This document shows positions 28,648 through 38,302 of a stretch of DNA of 64,000 bases, in pieces. How positions within the stretch are numbered: position 1 is the stretch's first letter; each line of letters starts with the position of its first letter. The position numbers were made by a program, and so were the translations under genes. Origin of the DNA: an uncultured Geobacter sp. (GTDB taxonomy: Bacteria; Desulfobacterota; Desulfuromonadia; Geobacterales; Pseudopelobacteraceae); contig CAZUGI010000002.1 in the NCBI GenBank assembly GCA_964619855.1, forward strand, positions 1,159 through 65,158. Reading direction: 5' to 3'. Under the pieces are notes generated by a model. That model saw only the letters and a program-made list of their open reading frames with translations, made no database searches and was not told the DNA's origin.

Positions 28648-29598
28648 TTAAAGATAATGGCGCGGCACAGAGAAATCAACAATCCTCCTGATAGATACAT
28701 TTTTAACGGCTCTTTCTTGCAACAGAGAGTCTTTGTCTTTCAATATTATGAAAAGATTGGCCCTATGCAGCTTGAACATATTACAGCAGTAACGATCCAG
28801 CCAGATAATAAACTCGGCCGCTCTTTTTCCAAATATTTTTTTGGTAATAATAGTCAACAAATTATAAATACGCGTAACTATCCTGGGGTGCCTCCAGATT
28901 TCACTATGTTCCCGAGTCTGTGCATCGACTAGACAGGCAGGAATCACAAGCAAACTGCTGGAAAGTTTTTTCACTATGACGGTGAAGCCTTCTGACTTGA
29001 GATAGTTGAAGCTGTCCGAATCAAAATGATGAATATGTGCATGGATCTCTTTTGTTTCCTTGTTGCGGGCAATAAGTTTTTTGCTATCGTGCGGGACCGT
29101 AATTACAACGGCTTTTCTCGCAACCCTTAACAGCTCGGAGGTCGCCTGCTTCCAGTCCGTAACATGCTCTAGAGTTTCACTGCAGGAAACAACATCGAAT
29201 TGTTCACCTTCATACAACAGCTTGTGAATATCCGATGGTTCGGATTCTATTCCAAAAATTTCTTTAGCCCTTTTACATGCCTCTTCAGATAAATCAGTAC
29301 TAGATGCAGAAATACCAAGAAACTGATTCGCCAGAAAGGCCTTGTATCCTTCAGCCCCCCCTACATCAAGCAATGAACTGACACTCAGACATCCAAGTGC
29401 TTCAAGCATCCGGTACGTAATTATATATCTGCTGATATGACCTGGTTCACTGGGCTCACTCCTGAATCCATAAATCGGCTGATGCGCAATGTAAACACCA
29501 TTGTCGTCACATGAACTGAAGCGTGTATTCAACCAATCTTTTAATTCTTCAGTGTTTATATCCAAATAATGCTCCTTAACTAGTGGCCTTCTCCCCAA
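28648..29598 (-). CDS. class I SAM-dependent methyltransferase
   Basis: SAM motif I LLDVGGAEG, then FDVVSCSETLEHV and a post-II region. TTG start as given by the ORF track, so the start is uncertain. Confidence 0.75.
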   Translation of the reverse strand: MGRRPLVKEHYLDINTEELKDWLNTRFSSCDDNGVYIAHQPIYGFRSEPSEPGHISRYIITYRMLEALGCLSVSSLLDVGGAEGYKAFLANQFLGISASSTDLSEEACKRAKEIFGIESEPSDIHKLLYEGEQFDVVSCSETLEHVTDWKQATSELLRVARKAVVITVPHDSKKLIARNKETKEIHAHIHHFDSDSFNYLKSEGFTVIVKKLSSSLLVIPACLVDAQTREHSEIWRHPRIVTRIYNLLTIITKKIFGKRAAEFIIWLDRYCCNMFKLHRANLFIILKDKDSLLQERAVKNVSIRRIVDFSVPRHYL

Positions 29599-29601
29599 AA
29601 T

Positions 29602-30324
29602 TCAAATTCTAAAGAAAATCGCATCTACCTGGAACGTTCTGCCTGATATTGCGTCTGAATAGCAGGGATTAATGTCGTGTAGTGTAAAGCCCTCACGCTC
29701 AACCAGTTCAATCATATCTCGGAAATCGCATTCGCCTTCATAAAGAGGGGTTAGAGAAAGCTCTAGCTGTAAGCCGGTAAGTTTTGGAAGCAGTTCAACT
29801 GCCCCAGCTAGAACCTGGGGTTCATATCCCTGAACATCAATCTTTAGAAATGAATTAGTGTCGCTTAGTAGATAGTTATGAGCAACCATGTCCAGTTTTT
29901 GTAACGGGACTGTTTCGCGACCTACAGACTTTGCCAGCGGTTCTACGTCCAGATGACTGTCCATAACTTTGAGAATAGAACTTGATTCCTGGTTTGCGGC
30001 AACATTAATTGTTATCTCGCCGTCTGATTCTCCAATTGCCATGCGCGGTGCACAGGTTATTCCCGAGTCCCTTTCAGCCAGTTTTTGCAACTTAGCATAA
30101 GGTGCCTGCAACGGTTCGAAACATACAATCCTGCCTTGATACCCAACATACCTTAGATATCTGGCATACTGGCCGCTATTGGCACCTACATCAAATACCA
30201 GGTTAATCCCATAATTACACAACAGTTTGCCGAAACGCGCCGACTCAGAACGGGAGGGGTGGTATGCTCGCAAATCTACACCCATAAACCGTGCACACCG
30301 CTTTATCACAAGATCAATCATCAC
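29602..30324 (-). CDS. FkbM-family methyltransferase
   Basis: VFDVGANSGQYA...IVCFEP....KL and LKIDVQGYE are FkbM (PF05050-type) signatures; 240 aa. Confidence 0.8.
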   Translation of the reverse strand: MMIDLVIKRCARFMGVDLRAYHPSRSESARFGKLLCNYGINLVFDVGANSGQYARYLRYVGYQGRIVCFEPLQAPYAKLQKLAERDSGITCAPRMAIGESDGEITINVAANQESSSILKVMDSHLDVEPLAKSVGRETVPLQKLDMVAHNYLLSDTNSFLKIDVQGYEPQVLAGAVELLPKLTGLQLELSLTPLYEGECDFRDMIELVEREGFTLHDINPCYSDAISGRTFQVDAIFFRI

Positions 30325-30336
30325 AATTTCAACCTG

Positions 30337-31263
30337 TCATTTCCTAAAGAAAAAGAGCCGGACCAGACCCAACAACCCGACTATGCGGCTACACAATGTA
30401 TTTCTCTTGGCAATGATCTGCACTACCGAGAGATCATAATCGCTGTCCGCAATTTTACAGTCAGGGTGACGCAAAGGCAATTCAAACCGACCTTTTGCTA
30501 TGTTGGCCAGTTCGCTGTCCATCACCTTAGTATGGGTTGCATCCCTGCCATATCCAATATTAGAGACCAGATTAACACTGGGGATGATGGCCAATCCACC
30601 GCACAATAGTCGGGAAAAAGACCACTGGTAATCCCATGTATCAATCTTGTTGTTAAATGCCTGCTGAAAATCTTTCTCCCGCAACCCAATGAATTCCTTA
30701 TTCAAGAGGACCTGTTGAATCCTGTTACGACAGCATGGGTCTCGCCAATGACTCATGGTCACGTCATAGTGTTGCCAAGCCCTACGCCATGTAGCCCATC
30801 CCCAGACCCAGTCATAATTGGCAAAGTGATAACTCTGCCGGTCATCTTTCCATCTACCCAACAGGTTTGTTCCGCATACCATCATGACTCTTTCGTCATT
30901 ACGGTATATTTCTAACAGTTCCTGACAATATGAAAAGAACGATGTGTCCGGCAAGCAGTCATCCTCAAGAATGATGGCCTCCTCAACCTGGCTGAATACC
31001 CAGTCCAGACCACTTGAAACCCGTATTTTGCATCCAAGGTTCGTGCTGGAATAATTACTGAAAACCTCACACGGCCAATCAACCTGTTCAACAATTCTGC
31101 GAACCTCTCCGCAATATAAAACGTCATCGGGGTGGTTGATTCGAGGGCCATCTGCCACCACCAGCAACTTCGGCGGACGCGCAGCCCGAATTGCATTAAA
31201 AACTGACTCTGTTTCGGCAGGTCGGTTAAACACTAGAAAGGCGACTGGAGACGTTATTCTCAC
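30337..31263 (-). CDS. GT-A fold glycosyltransferase ('HlpA-like'/GnT-I-like), paralogue of 43174..44088
   Basis: FLVFNRP, VVADGPR and ILEDDCLP (EDD metal-binding motif) followed by WGWATWRRAW. By eye about half the positions are identical to the ORF at 43174..44088. Confidence 0.55.
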   Translation of the reverse strand: MRITSPVAFLVFNRPAETESVFNAIRAARPPKLLVVADGPRINHPDDVLYCGEVRRIVEQVDWPCEVFSNYSSTNLGCKIRVSSGLDWVFSQVEEAIILEDDCLPDTSFFSYCQELLEIYRNDERVMMVCGTNLLGRWKDDRQSYHFANYDWVWGWATWRRAWQHYDVTMSHWRDPCCRNRIQQVLLNKEFIGLREKDFQQAFNNKIDTWDYQWSFSRLLCGGLAIIPSVNLVSNIGYGRDATHTKVMDSELANIAKGRFELPLRHPDCKIADSDYDLSVVQIIAKRNTLCSRIVGLLGLVRLFFFRK

Positions 31264-32360
31264 AGTACGCCCGGTTTGCGTACAAGACCCTCATAGATAG
31301 CCATTATCTTCCGTTCCTGAATTTCTTCTGAAAAAAATATTTCCACTCGCCTCCGACCAGCATTCCCCATCAGTTCTCGCAACGCAGGATCATCGATCAG
31401 TTTTGTAATACATCCGAAAAAACCGTCAATTTCAGTCGGCGGGCAGACATAACCTGTTTCTCCATCAACTACTGACTCCGGAAGTCCTCCGGTATCTGCA
31501 ACTACACAAGGTAATCCATGGGACATAGCTTCTAACACTGCAATACCATGACTCTCCCTTAGGCTGGGTTGAAAATAAACCTGTGCGGTTGCAAAGTTGG
31601 ATAAAGGATCAGCGATAAAACCGGTAAGCCTGATGCGACCATCAAGACCAAGCGCTATAATCTGTGCTTTCATTGAATCAAACAGTTCACCATCACCCAC
31701 CCAGACAAAAGATACTTCCGGTCGGGCTTGGATAACCATTCGAGCAACATCAAGCCAAACAGCAGGGTTTTTGTATGGGACAACGTGCCCTACCGTCAAG
31801 ACGACAGGCAGCCTTCCATCTTCGGGGTGATCGATGGAGCGGCAGCTGTTATGAACTACTGATATCTTTGCTTTAGGAATTCCCATAATCTCTGAAATTG
31901 TTTCAGATGCAGCGTTCGAAACAGTCATGACCATATTATTTAACATTAAGCCTAGTCTCAAATAACATCTCGGCAGGAAACCAAATTTGTATTCTGGCAC
32001 AGAGTGAATAATATATAAGACTGGGACAGGATAATATAAAGCAACCGACATCCTTCCTGGGCCGCTCGTGGAAACAACTATCAGATCAGGCATCCATGAA
32101 CACACGGTATTCCAGGAAAAAAGAATATCAAAAAAGGGTGTCAGGAAAGGGATTGTGCCTGATCTTGTTCGGTTAGAAGACGAAACCAACTCTACACCAA
32201 AACGCTCGGCGAGGGAAACAAGGGCAGGGCAGCACTGGTCGTTCGGTACCAGTAGCATCGTAACAATCCCATTTCGCATATGAATATCCAAAAGCCGTTC
32301 AAGGAAGCGGTTTGTCCCGCCATACGGCACAACATCGGGTACGATGACAATAACTCTCAT
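31260..32360 (-). CDS. glycosyltransferase family 4 (GT-B, GT1-like)
   Basis: The C-terminal E(x7)E region PSLRESHGIAVLEAMSHGLPCVVADTGGLPE is typical of retaining GT4 enzymes; 366 aa. Confidence 0.85.
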   Translation of the reverse strand: MRVIVIVPDVVPYGGTNRFLERLLDIHMRNGIVTMLLVPNDQCCPALVSLAERFGVELVSSSNRTRSGTIPFLTPFFDILFSWNTVCSWMPDLIVVSTSGPGRMSVALYYPVPVLYIIHSVPEYKFGFLPRCYLRLGLMLNNMVMTVSNAASETISEIMGIPKAKISVVHNSCRSIDHPEDGRLPVVLTVGHVVPYKNPAVWLDVARMVIQARPEVSFVWVGDGELFDSMKAQIIALGLDGRIRLTGFIADPLSNFATAQVYFQPSLRESHGIAVLEAMSHGLPCVVADTGGLPESVVDGETGYVCPPTEIDGFFGCITKLIDDPALRELMGNAGRRRVEIFFSEEIQERKIMAIYEGLVRKPGVL

Positions 32361-32369
32361 GCCACTATC

Positions 32370-33206
32370 TCAGCGCTTTTCAGCTACAAGCAGGCGCATA
32401 TCGACACAGCGGTCGCGCCATTTTTCCCAAACCGGCGCCGGAAATGTACGTTCACGACAGACCAAATAATCCCGTTCCAGAATTATCTCGCAGTAAGGTT
32501 CTAGGTGACCTCGTATCATCTGCCATTCAATATGATTCTCGGCATGAACATGAATATCTCCTTCATCCGAGGTCCCGCTCCACTTCGCTCTAATAGCAGA
32601 TGCAATATATCGCCACCTGTTTTTCTGCTTTAAGATGTTTGAAACCCTCTGTAAAATCGTTTCAACAGATTTAGTTTGATGTTCATCAAGTTCACGGCAA
32701 TACATCTCATACTCCGGTCGCTTATTCCAGTATGCGGGACAGACTTCATGATCGATGTATACTATTCCGCCTGGTTTTAGGACGCGGATAAACTCATTCA
32801 CAATAGCAAGATAATCAGGAACATGGTGTAAAACGGAATACGTAACAACCATGTCAAACGATTCGATTTCAAACTGGGACAGGTCATGACCGTTCAGCAG
32901 ACAGGTCTCCAACCTTTCTGAACTGCTGGATGAAGACTCCAACTCACGCAGACAAGCAGCAGAGATATCTGCTGCAACAACTGATGTTCCCAAGTCCAGC
33001 AAATGCCGCGTCAGATTGCCTGTCCCGGCCCCAAAATCGAGAACTCCGGGAACCTCCGCACCGGTCCGGATGAGGGTGACGGCATAGGCCAGCAGCTCAT
33101 GAATCCTCTGCTGTTCGGCCTGATTGAATATTTCACCGTGACGGGCCTCATAGAGCGGGGCGATCAGGTCATGAACTTGGCTGTTATGAATTATCCGGTC
33201 ACACAT
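32370..33206 (-). CDS. class I SAM-dependent methyltransferase
   Basis: VLDFGAGTGNLT (motif I), AADIS, FDMVVTYSVLHHV, LKPGGIVYI. Confidence 0.8.
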   Translation of the reverse strand: MCDRIIHNSQVHDLIAPLYEARHGEIFNQAEQQRIHELLAYAVTLIRTGAEVPGVLDFGAGTGNLTRHLLDLGTSVVAADISAACLRELESSSSSSERLETCLLNGHDLSQFEIESFDMVVTYSVLHHVPDYLAIVNEFIRVLKPGGIVYIDHEVCPAYWNKRPEYEMYCRELDEHQTKSVETILQRVSNILKQKNRWRYIASAIRAKWSGTSDEGDIHVHAENHIEWQMIRGHLEPYCEIILERDYLVCRERTFPAPVWEKWRDRCVDMRLLVAEKR

Positions 33207-34251
33207 GCCCTAACCCCCGAATGGTTTCCCATACACCTCTCCGAACTACCCAGGCTCCAAGCGCACGAAGTCTCTGCCACTGGGAAGTGCTGGCAGTATT
33301 CCAGAGCGGTGACGCAACACATCTCCTGCACGAACAAACTGACGCATCGGCGAGACTCAGGCAGATTGAAAACCAGATATCAAGGAGCCTCCTGGAAAAA
33401 CAGACCGCCGGATACGTGCCGGACGCCCTGTTTGCCGATTCCAGCCGCAGCAGCCACAGCTCTGCTCGGTCAAGAGCTACCCGGTCAGGCGGCACGCCGT
33501 TGTTCATGACCATTTCATGCAACTCCTGCTCAGCCAGTGTAGGTTCCAGCCCCAGTTCTATTACTCGCTGAAGCCGGAGCGGCGCCACTTTTTCCAGCTG
33601 CTCCACGCCATATGACGTGCAAATCTGACCGGGACTGATTCTGTAATCCAGCAGTACTTTCTGGATGTTGGCAAAATCCATGTAAGGCATAGCCCTTCCC
33701 CACAGCTCATAGTCCTCGATATGCCGGTAATCGGGATCATAGTAAAGTCCAAGCTCAACAAAAAGCTGGCGCCGCATCATTACCGACGGATGGGCGACAC
33801 CAACCGTATGAAACTGCCAGCACCGTATTTCTTCGGCACCTTCCGGAAGTTTCCAGACCTCGTTACTCCCTCTGGGAAAAAACCGGACCCAACTACCGCA
33901 AACGCCAACCTGAGGGTGCGCGGCCATGAAATCGACCTGGCACGCCAGACGCTCAGGCCGGCTGATGTCATCGGCATCCATCCGGGCGATGAATTCTCCC
34001 CGGGCAAGATCAAGCCCCCTGTTCAACGAAGCCACCAGGCCTAGATTGGTCCCGTTATGGACAAGCCTTATTCTGGGGTCGCCAAAGCCCTGAATAATGG
34101 CGGCACTGCCATCGGTAGAACCGTCATCGACGATAAGAAATTCAAAGTCGGTAAAGGTCTGTTCGAGAATGCTCCGGACCGACTCGAGCAGATAGGGGGC
34201 AGCGTTGTAAACCGGCATCAAAACAGTAACTCTGGGCATAAACCCGCTCAC
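33199..34251 (-). CDS. glycosyltransferase family 2 with a ~120-aa C-terminal extension
   Basis: VTVLMPVYNAAPYL, IVDDGSTDGS and ARMDADD (DxD) are classic GT2 motifs. Confidence 0.85.
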   Translation of the reverse strand: MSGFMPRVTVLMPVYNAAPYLLESVRSILEQTFTDFEFLIVDDGSTDGSAAIIQGFGDPRIRLVHNGTNLGLVASLNRGLDLARGEFIARMDADDISRPERLACQVDFMAAHPQVGVCGSWVRFFPRGSNEVWKLPEGAEEIRCWQFHTVGVAHPSVMMRRQLFVELGLYYDPDYRHIEDYELWGRAMPYMDFANIQKVLLDYRISPGQICTSYGVEQLEKVAPLRLQRVIELGLEPTLAEQELHEMVMNNGVPPDRVALDRAELWLLRLESANRASGTYPAVCFSRRLLDIWFSICLSLADASVCSCRRCVASPLWNTASTSQWQRLRALGAWVVRRGVWETIRGLGHV

Positions 34252-35117
34252 AGTCGCTGCCAGGCCGGAGGGGTCAGATCACCGGTATTTATGGCAGGAT
34301 TTTTGAACCAGCGGTCAGGAGCGATTACCAGCTTGTCGGGATTTTCGGAAAGCCAAGCCCCCCACCAACTGAAAGAACTGTTGGCAATCACATGATGTCT
34401 GCAGAGGCTCATAAGTCGCAGGTCTTCATGTGCCATGCCGCCGTTGTGGCTGACGAATCTGGCTGGATGGCGCAGTTTCAGATGATACGCAACCCATTCA
34501 GGGTCATCCGAAAATACAAAGAAGTGAGGATATTTCAGAATCCGCGAAATCCTGTTCTCGGCGTTCAGATAGTATTCAAGATCGCAGACGCCATAAATGG
34601 CACGTATCTTTCCATCCAGAACATAGTCACCCCGGCGAACATGGAGGGAGACCGAATCAACCGCCCCGATTTCATCCGACAGAGCCCTGTTTTCTCCAGC
34701 CGGGGCGGTATTGACCCTGAATTCCTTCCGGATGACATCTCCGATATCCGCAAAATAACGTTCAGATTGCCAGTATCCATCCAGATAGACATTGTCAGGA
34801 AGCGCCAGTACCTGGGGATCGTAATGGAACCACTTCTCGCGATATGTCGGCCGGCCAGTGAACCTTTGTATTTCCCGGGCTACAGCCGCCTTTGGCCCGG
34901 TGCCGCCTCTGGAGCCGATTTCCCGGTGGGACGCCCGTTCAGCCGTTATGGAGAAACGATCCAGTTCGAACTTTCGCGCGGAATTTCCTGTCTGGTCACC
35001 TTCCAAAAAAGAGAGATCAAGCTTCAGTTCCGTGCCATGCCGCAATGAAAGGCGCCTTGCAGCGGCATACTGAAACATCTGGTTGCCCACACCACCCATC
35101 AGCTTGACTATGATCAT
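34248..35117 (-). CDS. alpha-1,2-fucosyltransferase (GT11)
   Basis: GGVGNQMFQYAAAR, SLHVRRGDY, and SNSSFSWWGAWL-like ANSSFSWWGAWL are the three GT11 signature motifs. Confidence 0.8.
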   Translation of the reverse strand: MIIVKLMGGVGNQMFQYAAARRLSLRHGTELKLDLSFLEGDQTGNSARKFELDRFSITAERASHREIGSRGGTGPKAAVAREIQRFTGRPTYREKWFHYDPQVLALPDNVYLDGYWQSERYFADIGDVIRKEFRVNTAPAGENRALSDEIGAVDSVSLHVRRGDYVLDGKIRAIYGVCDLEYYLNAENRISRILKYPHFFVFSDDPEWVAYHLKLRHPARFVSHNGGMAHEDLRLMSLCRHHVIANSSFSWWGAWLSENPDKLVIAPDRWFKNPAINTGDLTPPAWQRL

Positions 35118-35162
35118 GCCATCAGCCCCACGGCCGCTCCCGGCAAAAGGTAATGTGACTCA

Positions 35163-35831
35163 TTAAACCTCGTATGCATCTTTCCACATTGCCATCCAGA
35201 CATCGAGCAACTGTAGCTCACTTCCCTCAGGCCCTTTATCACTCTTTAAAAGGAGTCGAACAGCACGGACGGTACTCATCTGCAGCAGTGCCCGGACGGC
35301 GGGGTAATACTCTTCATACGTCAATTCGTTTTCCCCTTTGTATGCAGTCACCTCAATGTTTCGCAGCATGCTCCATCCGCTGGCAACAAATTCAATACCT
35401 ACAAAACCTAGTTTTTCCAGAGTAACTCTGAATTTTTCCCGATACCACCCATCCGCATGAACGGCCCAGGCCGCCTCGTGCGAGCCGAATAGATGTCGCA
35501 TCACCTGCTGTTTACTGTCAAATGAATAAAATGGTGACGTCATTAGTCTGATACTTGCCATGGCATCCGGTGTCTCTATCCTTACCATTCCTCCCGGTCG
35601 CAGCCAGTTTCGCCAGCGGCAGAGCAACGCAAGAGCGGTCGGGCGTGAAAAATGTTCAAATACGTGGTGCAGCCTTATTTCATCCAGCGAATTGCGCGGA
35701 TACACCAGTCTCTGTATGTCCGCATATTCATCAGCGACAAGATCCTTGAGAACAGTGTGCTCGCTAGTCGGAAAATCAATATTTATGTATCCCTCAAGAT
35801 ACTTTGCGCCACAACCGAGATGTAACCTCAT
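35163..35831 (-). CDS. SAM-dependent methyltransferase (Methyltransf_11/23-like)
   Basis: MRLHLGCGAKYLEGYINID, HVFEHF and LRPGGMVRIETPD form the pattern of small sugar O-methyltransferase-like proteins. Confidence 0.6.
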   Translation of the reverse strand: MRLHLGCGAKYLEGYINIDFPTSEHTVLKDLVADEYADIQRLVYPRNSLDEIRLHHVFEHFSRPTALALLCRWRNWLRPGGMVRIETPDAMASIRLMTSPFYSFDSKQQVMRHLFGSHEAAWAVHADGWYREKFRVTLEKLGFVGIEFVASGWSMLRNIEVTAYKGENELTYEEYYPAVRALLQMSTVRAVRLLLKSDKGPEGSELQLLDVWMAMWKDAYEV

Positions 35832-35847
35832 ATGCTATGCTTACCCC

Positions 35848-36540
35848 TTACTTCCTTTTGCTCCATGCAGAACGCGAAACAAAAATTGTGTTCAGATAGG
35901 TATCCGCATACACGAAATAATCCTTTGCCAACATGAAGTCTATTATTTCCGTCAACTTGCGTTCTGAATTATCTTCAGTATAGGTTAAAGTTTCAATGCA
36001 AAATACTTCGGGGCAGAATTTATTGAAATCAAAATTCTGAATGATTTGAAGATCCAATCCTTCGACATCCAGCGAAACGAAATTCGGTACATGCGGACAG
36101 TATTTTTCGATCAGCCCGTTCAGTGTGATCAGCGGGATCTCAATCACATTCTCGATGGTTTTCCCTTCATAGCTCGCGTATCGCTGGGCTTCTTCGCGGG
36201 AAAAGGTATTGAGAGTCCTGCTGTTCAAAATGTAGAAATCGGCCTTGTCAACGCCCCCCCCTCCGATCCCGATGTTCAGACAAATATCACGTTTTCGTGC
36301 CTTGCGGATCATCTCAAAAAGAAAGGGGTCGGGCTCCACGCATATCCCGGTGCTCCCGTTTTCATAGAACAGGTAAGTATTGCTCAGCAACGTCGGGTGG
36401 TGGGCGCCTATGTCAATGTAAGTCGGCTTTTCTATCCGCAGCCACATGAATATGTACTGTATTATCAGGTCCTCCCCCGATTGGGAGAAACTTCTTTTTT
36501 CACCTGAAACAGGCCTTATTCCAAACCTAAATATAGACAT
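35848..36540 (-). CDS. FkbM-family methyltransferase
   Basis: YIDIGAHHP...GICVEP, and SLDVEGLD in the position of the FkbM IDVEG motif. Contains a C8 (coding G8) tract at 36254..36261. Confidence 0.75.
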   Translation of the reverse strand: MSIFRFGIRPVSGEKRSFSQSGEDLIIQYIFMWLRIEKPTYIDIGAHHPTLLSNTYLFYENGSTGICVEPDPFLFEMIRKARKRDICLNIGIGGGGVDKADFYILNSRTLNTFSREEAQRYASYEGKTIENVIEIPLITLNGLIEKYCPHVPNFVSLDVEGLDLQIIQNFDFNKFCPEVFCIETLTYTEDNSERKLTEIIDFMLAKDYFVYADTYLNTIFVSRSAWSKRK

Positions 36541-36560
36541 TCATTACCACCATTTCCTGA

Positions 36561-37457
36561 TCAGCGTGGCACATGCGCCAGCACCTTGACATACCAGGGT
36601 ACCTTAACATCCGAGGCCAGCATGGTAAGCTCACGTGATGAGCTGATGGAGTACTTTTGGAATAGCTGTGAAAATTTTTTTACATATGCAGGAAACTGTT
36701 CCCACTTGTGCGACAGTTTTGAGAATAGATACAGATACTCATACAACTCCACCTCTTTGTTGTTCTCACATTCACGAGTCACCTGATGGGCAGACTCAAC
36801 AGTCACACCGACCAGAGGTTCCTTGCAATACGCAAAAGGTTTTGCTCCCTGCAACAAATGTATATAGAAATCGATATCAACCAGCCAGCGAAGATTCTCG
36901 TCAAAACGCAGACCTGGCGTATTTCTGAAAATGATCGAACTCGGCGGACCGATCAAGTTCCCTGAAAAAAGGGTGTTGCAATTTTTCCTGAGGTTATTGA
37001 GCACGGTCTCTGAAGGTGCATGGACAAATTTCAGGCAAGCATCCCGTCCGTACGCCTCGGCTGCGGAAAATCCAATGGCTGCCTGAGAGTTATTTTCCAT
37101 GAGATCAACAAACTGCATGAGGCCCCGGGGGGAAAGGAACCAGTCATCATGGTGAAGGATCTTGATATATGTCCCGGTTGCCAGCGAAATCGCCCGATTC
37201 CAGTTTCCGGGTACTCCGAGTCGTTCAGAATTTCTTTCATAGACCAACGGTACCGACACGCGTATCCCGGACAGAATTTCCCGAATGCAGTAATCCGGTG
37301 AATCGTCAGTCACGATGACTTCAAAATCGGGATATTCCTGCATAACTACGGATTCGATAACCCTTCTGAAAAATTCAGGGGCCTTGTATGTAGGTATGCA
37401 GACGGATACTTTGGGATTACGGGGCATTTTTTCTCGACACGAACTTACAGCCTCCAT
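36561..37457 (-). CDS. glycosyltransferase family 2
   Basis: VSVCIPTYKAPEFF, the TDDSPD variant and HHDDW. The ATG overlaps the upstream stop (TAATG); an alternative start is at 37427. Confidence 0.85.
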   Translation of the reverse strand: MEAVSSCREKMPRNPKVSVCIPTYKAPEFFRRVIESVVMQEYPDFEVIVTDDSPDYCIREILSGIRVSVPLVYERNSERLGVPGNWNRAISLATGTYIKILHHDDWFLSPRGLMQFVDLMENNSQAAIGFSAAEAYGRDACLKFVHAPSETVLNNLRKNCNTLFSGNLIGPPSSIIFRNTPGLRFDENLRWLVDIDFYIHLLQGAKPFAYCKEPLVGVTVESAHQVTRECENNKEVELYEYLYLFSKLSHKWEQFPAYVKKFSQLFQKYSISSSRELTMLASDVKVPWYVKVLAHVPR

Positions 37458-38302
37458 TAGAACGGCCCGGCAAGGAACCGCCTGATCTTATCGATAAACG
37501 AACTTTTTCCCTTTTTCGGCAATTCATTGTTTGCCACCCTTGCAAGCTCCCGGGTGAAATCCACGGCAAATCCCTGCGTCCCATGGGAATTCAATTGATA
37601 ATGATGAACGAGTCTGGCTGGATAAATATTTGATATATTATTGATGATACAATATATTTTTACCGATCGCTCCACGGAATGCCCGGAATAAACGTCTGGA
37701 CCGAGCAGATCGATCATGGGTGTGATCCAGTCAATATACCTTGCTAACTGGCCCCTGGACATTGCCAGGTTATTTGATGATGGCCAGCTTCTGTCCGTGC
37801 TCCCGGCGACATAATTGTCGACCAGCAAGCGGAGATCCACGCCATACACCTTGTACAATGCATCGGCCAGCGGTTTATACCCCATGTTGTTGTCAATAAA
37901 GTTTTCATCTAGAATCGGCCATTCCTGATAACCAAGAATCCTGTCGGGATGCGTGGTGATACACTCCACTGTTTTTTCATAAAAATCCGTTGAGATGGCG
38001 GTATCGTACTGGAGCAGAGCGACAAAATCGCCCTCTGTCAAATCATTCCTCGCAATGGCATACCAGGCAGTAAAATCGACCAGATGCTTGTAATGCTCGA
38101 TGTTGTCCGCCAATTCCCTCACAATCACTACATTCGGCAGATTACGAATCAGGTTGCATTCTCCCTGACCTACAAAGGCGTACCTGTACTTTGGAAGATT
38201 TCGATATTTATTAACCTTTTCAAAATCGATGATTATCTGCTGATCGTGTACGGTTATGATTACGTCAAGCATGCCGGCATAAACTCCGTGAATACGTTGC
38301 AT
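37457..38302 (-). CDS. hypothetical protein; faint DUF4422-like (putative glycosyltransferase) pattern
   Basis: 281 aa, tightly packed between two GT2 genes with no intergenic gaps. FTAWYAIARNDL...DFVALLQYDT weakly recalls the DUF4422 ELTALYWIWKN...GLCHYRR pattern. No confident motif. Confidence 0.5.
   Translation of the reverse strand: MQRIHGVYAGMLDVIITVHDQQIIIDFEKVNKYRNLPKYRYAFVGQGECNLIRNLPNVVIVRELADNIEHYKHLVDFTAWYAIARNDLTEGDFVALLQYDTAISTDFYEKTVECITTHPDRILGYQEWPILDENFIDNNMGYKPLADALYKVYGVDLRLLVDNYVAGSTDRSWPSSNNLAMSRGQLARYIDWITPMIDLLGPDVYSGHSVERSVKIYCIINNISNIYPARLVHHYQLNSHGTQGFAVDFTRELARVANNELPKKGKSSFIDKIRRFLAGPF

Noticed and set aside
34392-35048. Long plus-strand ORFs antisense to glycan genes (34392..35048; also 38084..38857, 36046..36507 and 33003..33509).
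   Set aside because: Each one overlaps a minus-strand gene with clear GT or MT motifs, and they break the otherwise perfectly packed minus-strand operon. I treat them as shadow ORFs.
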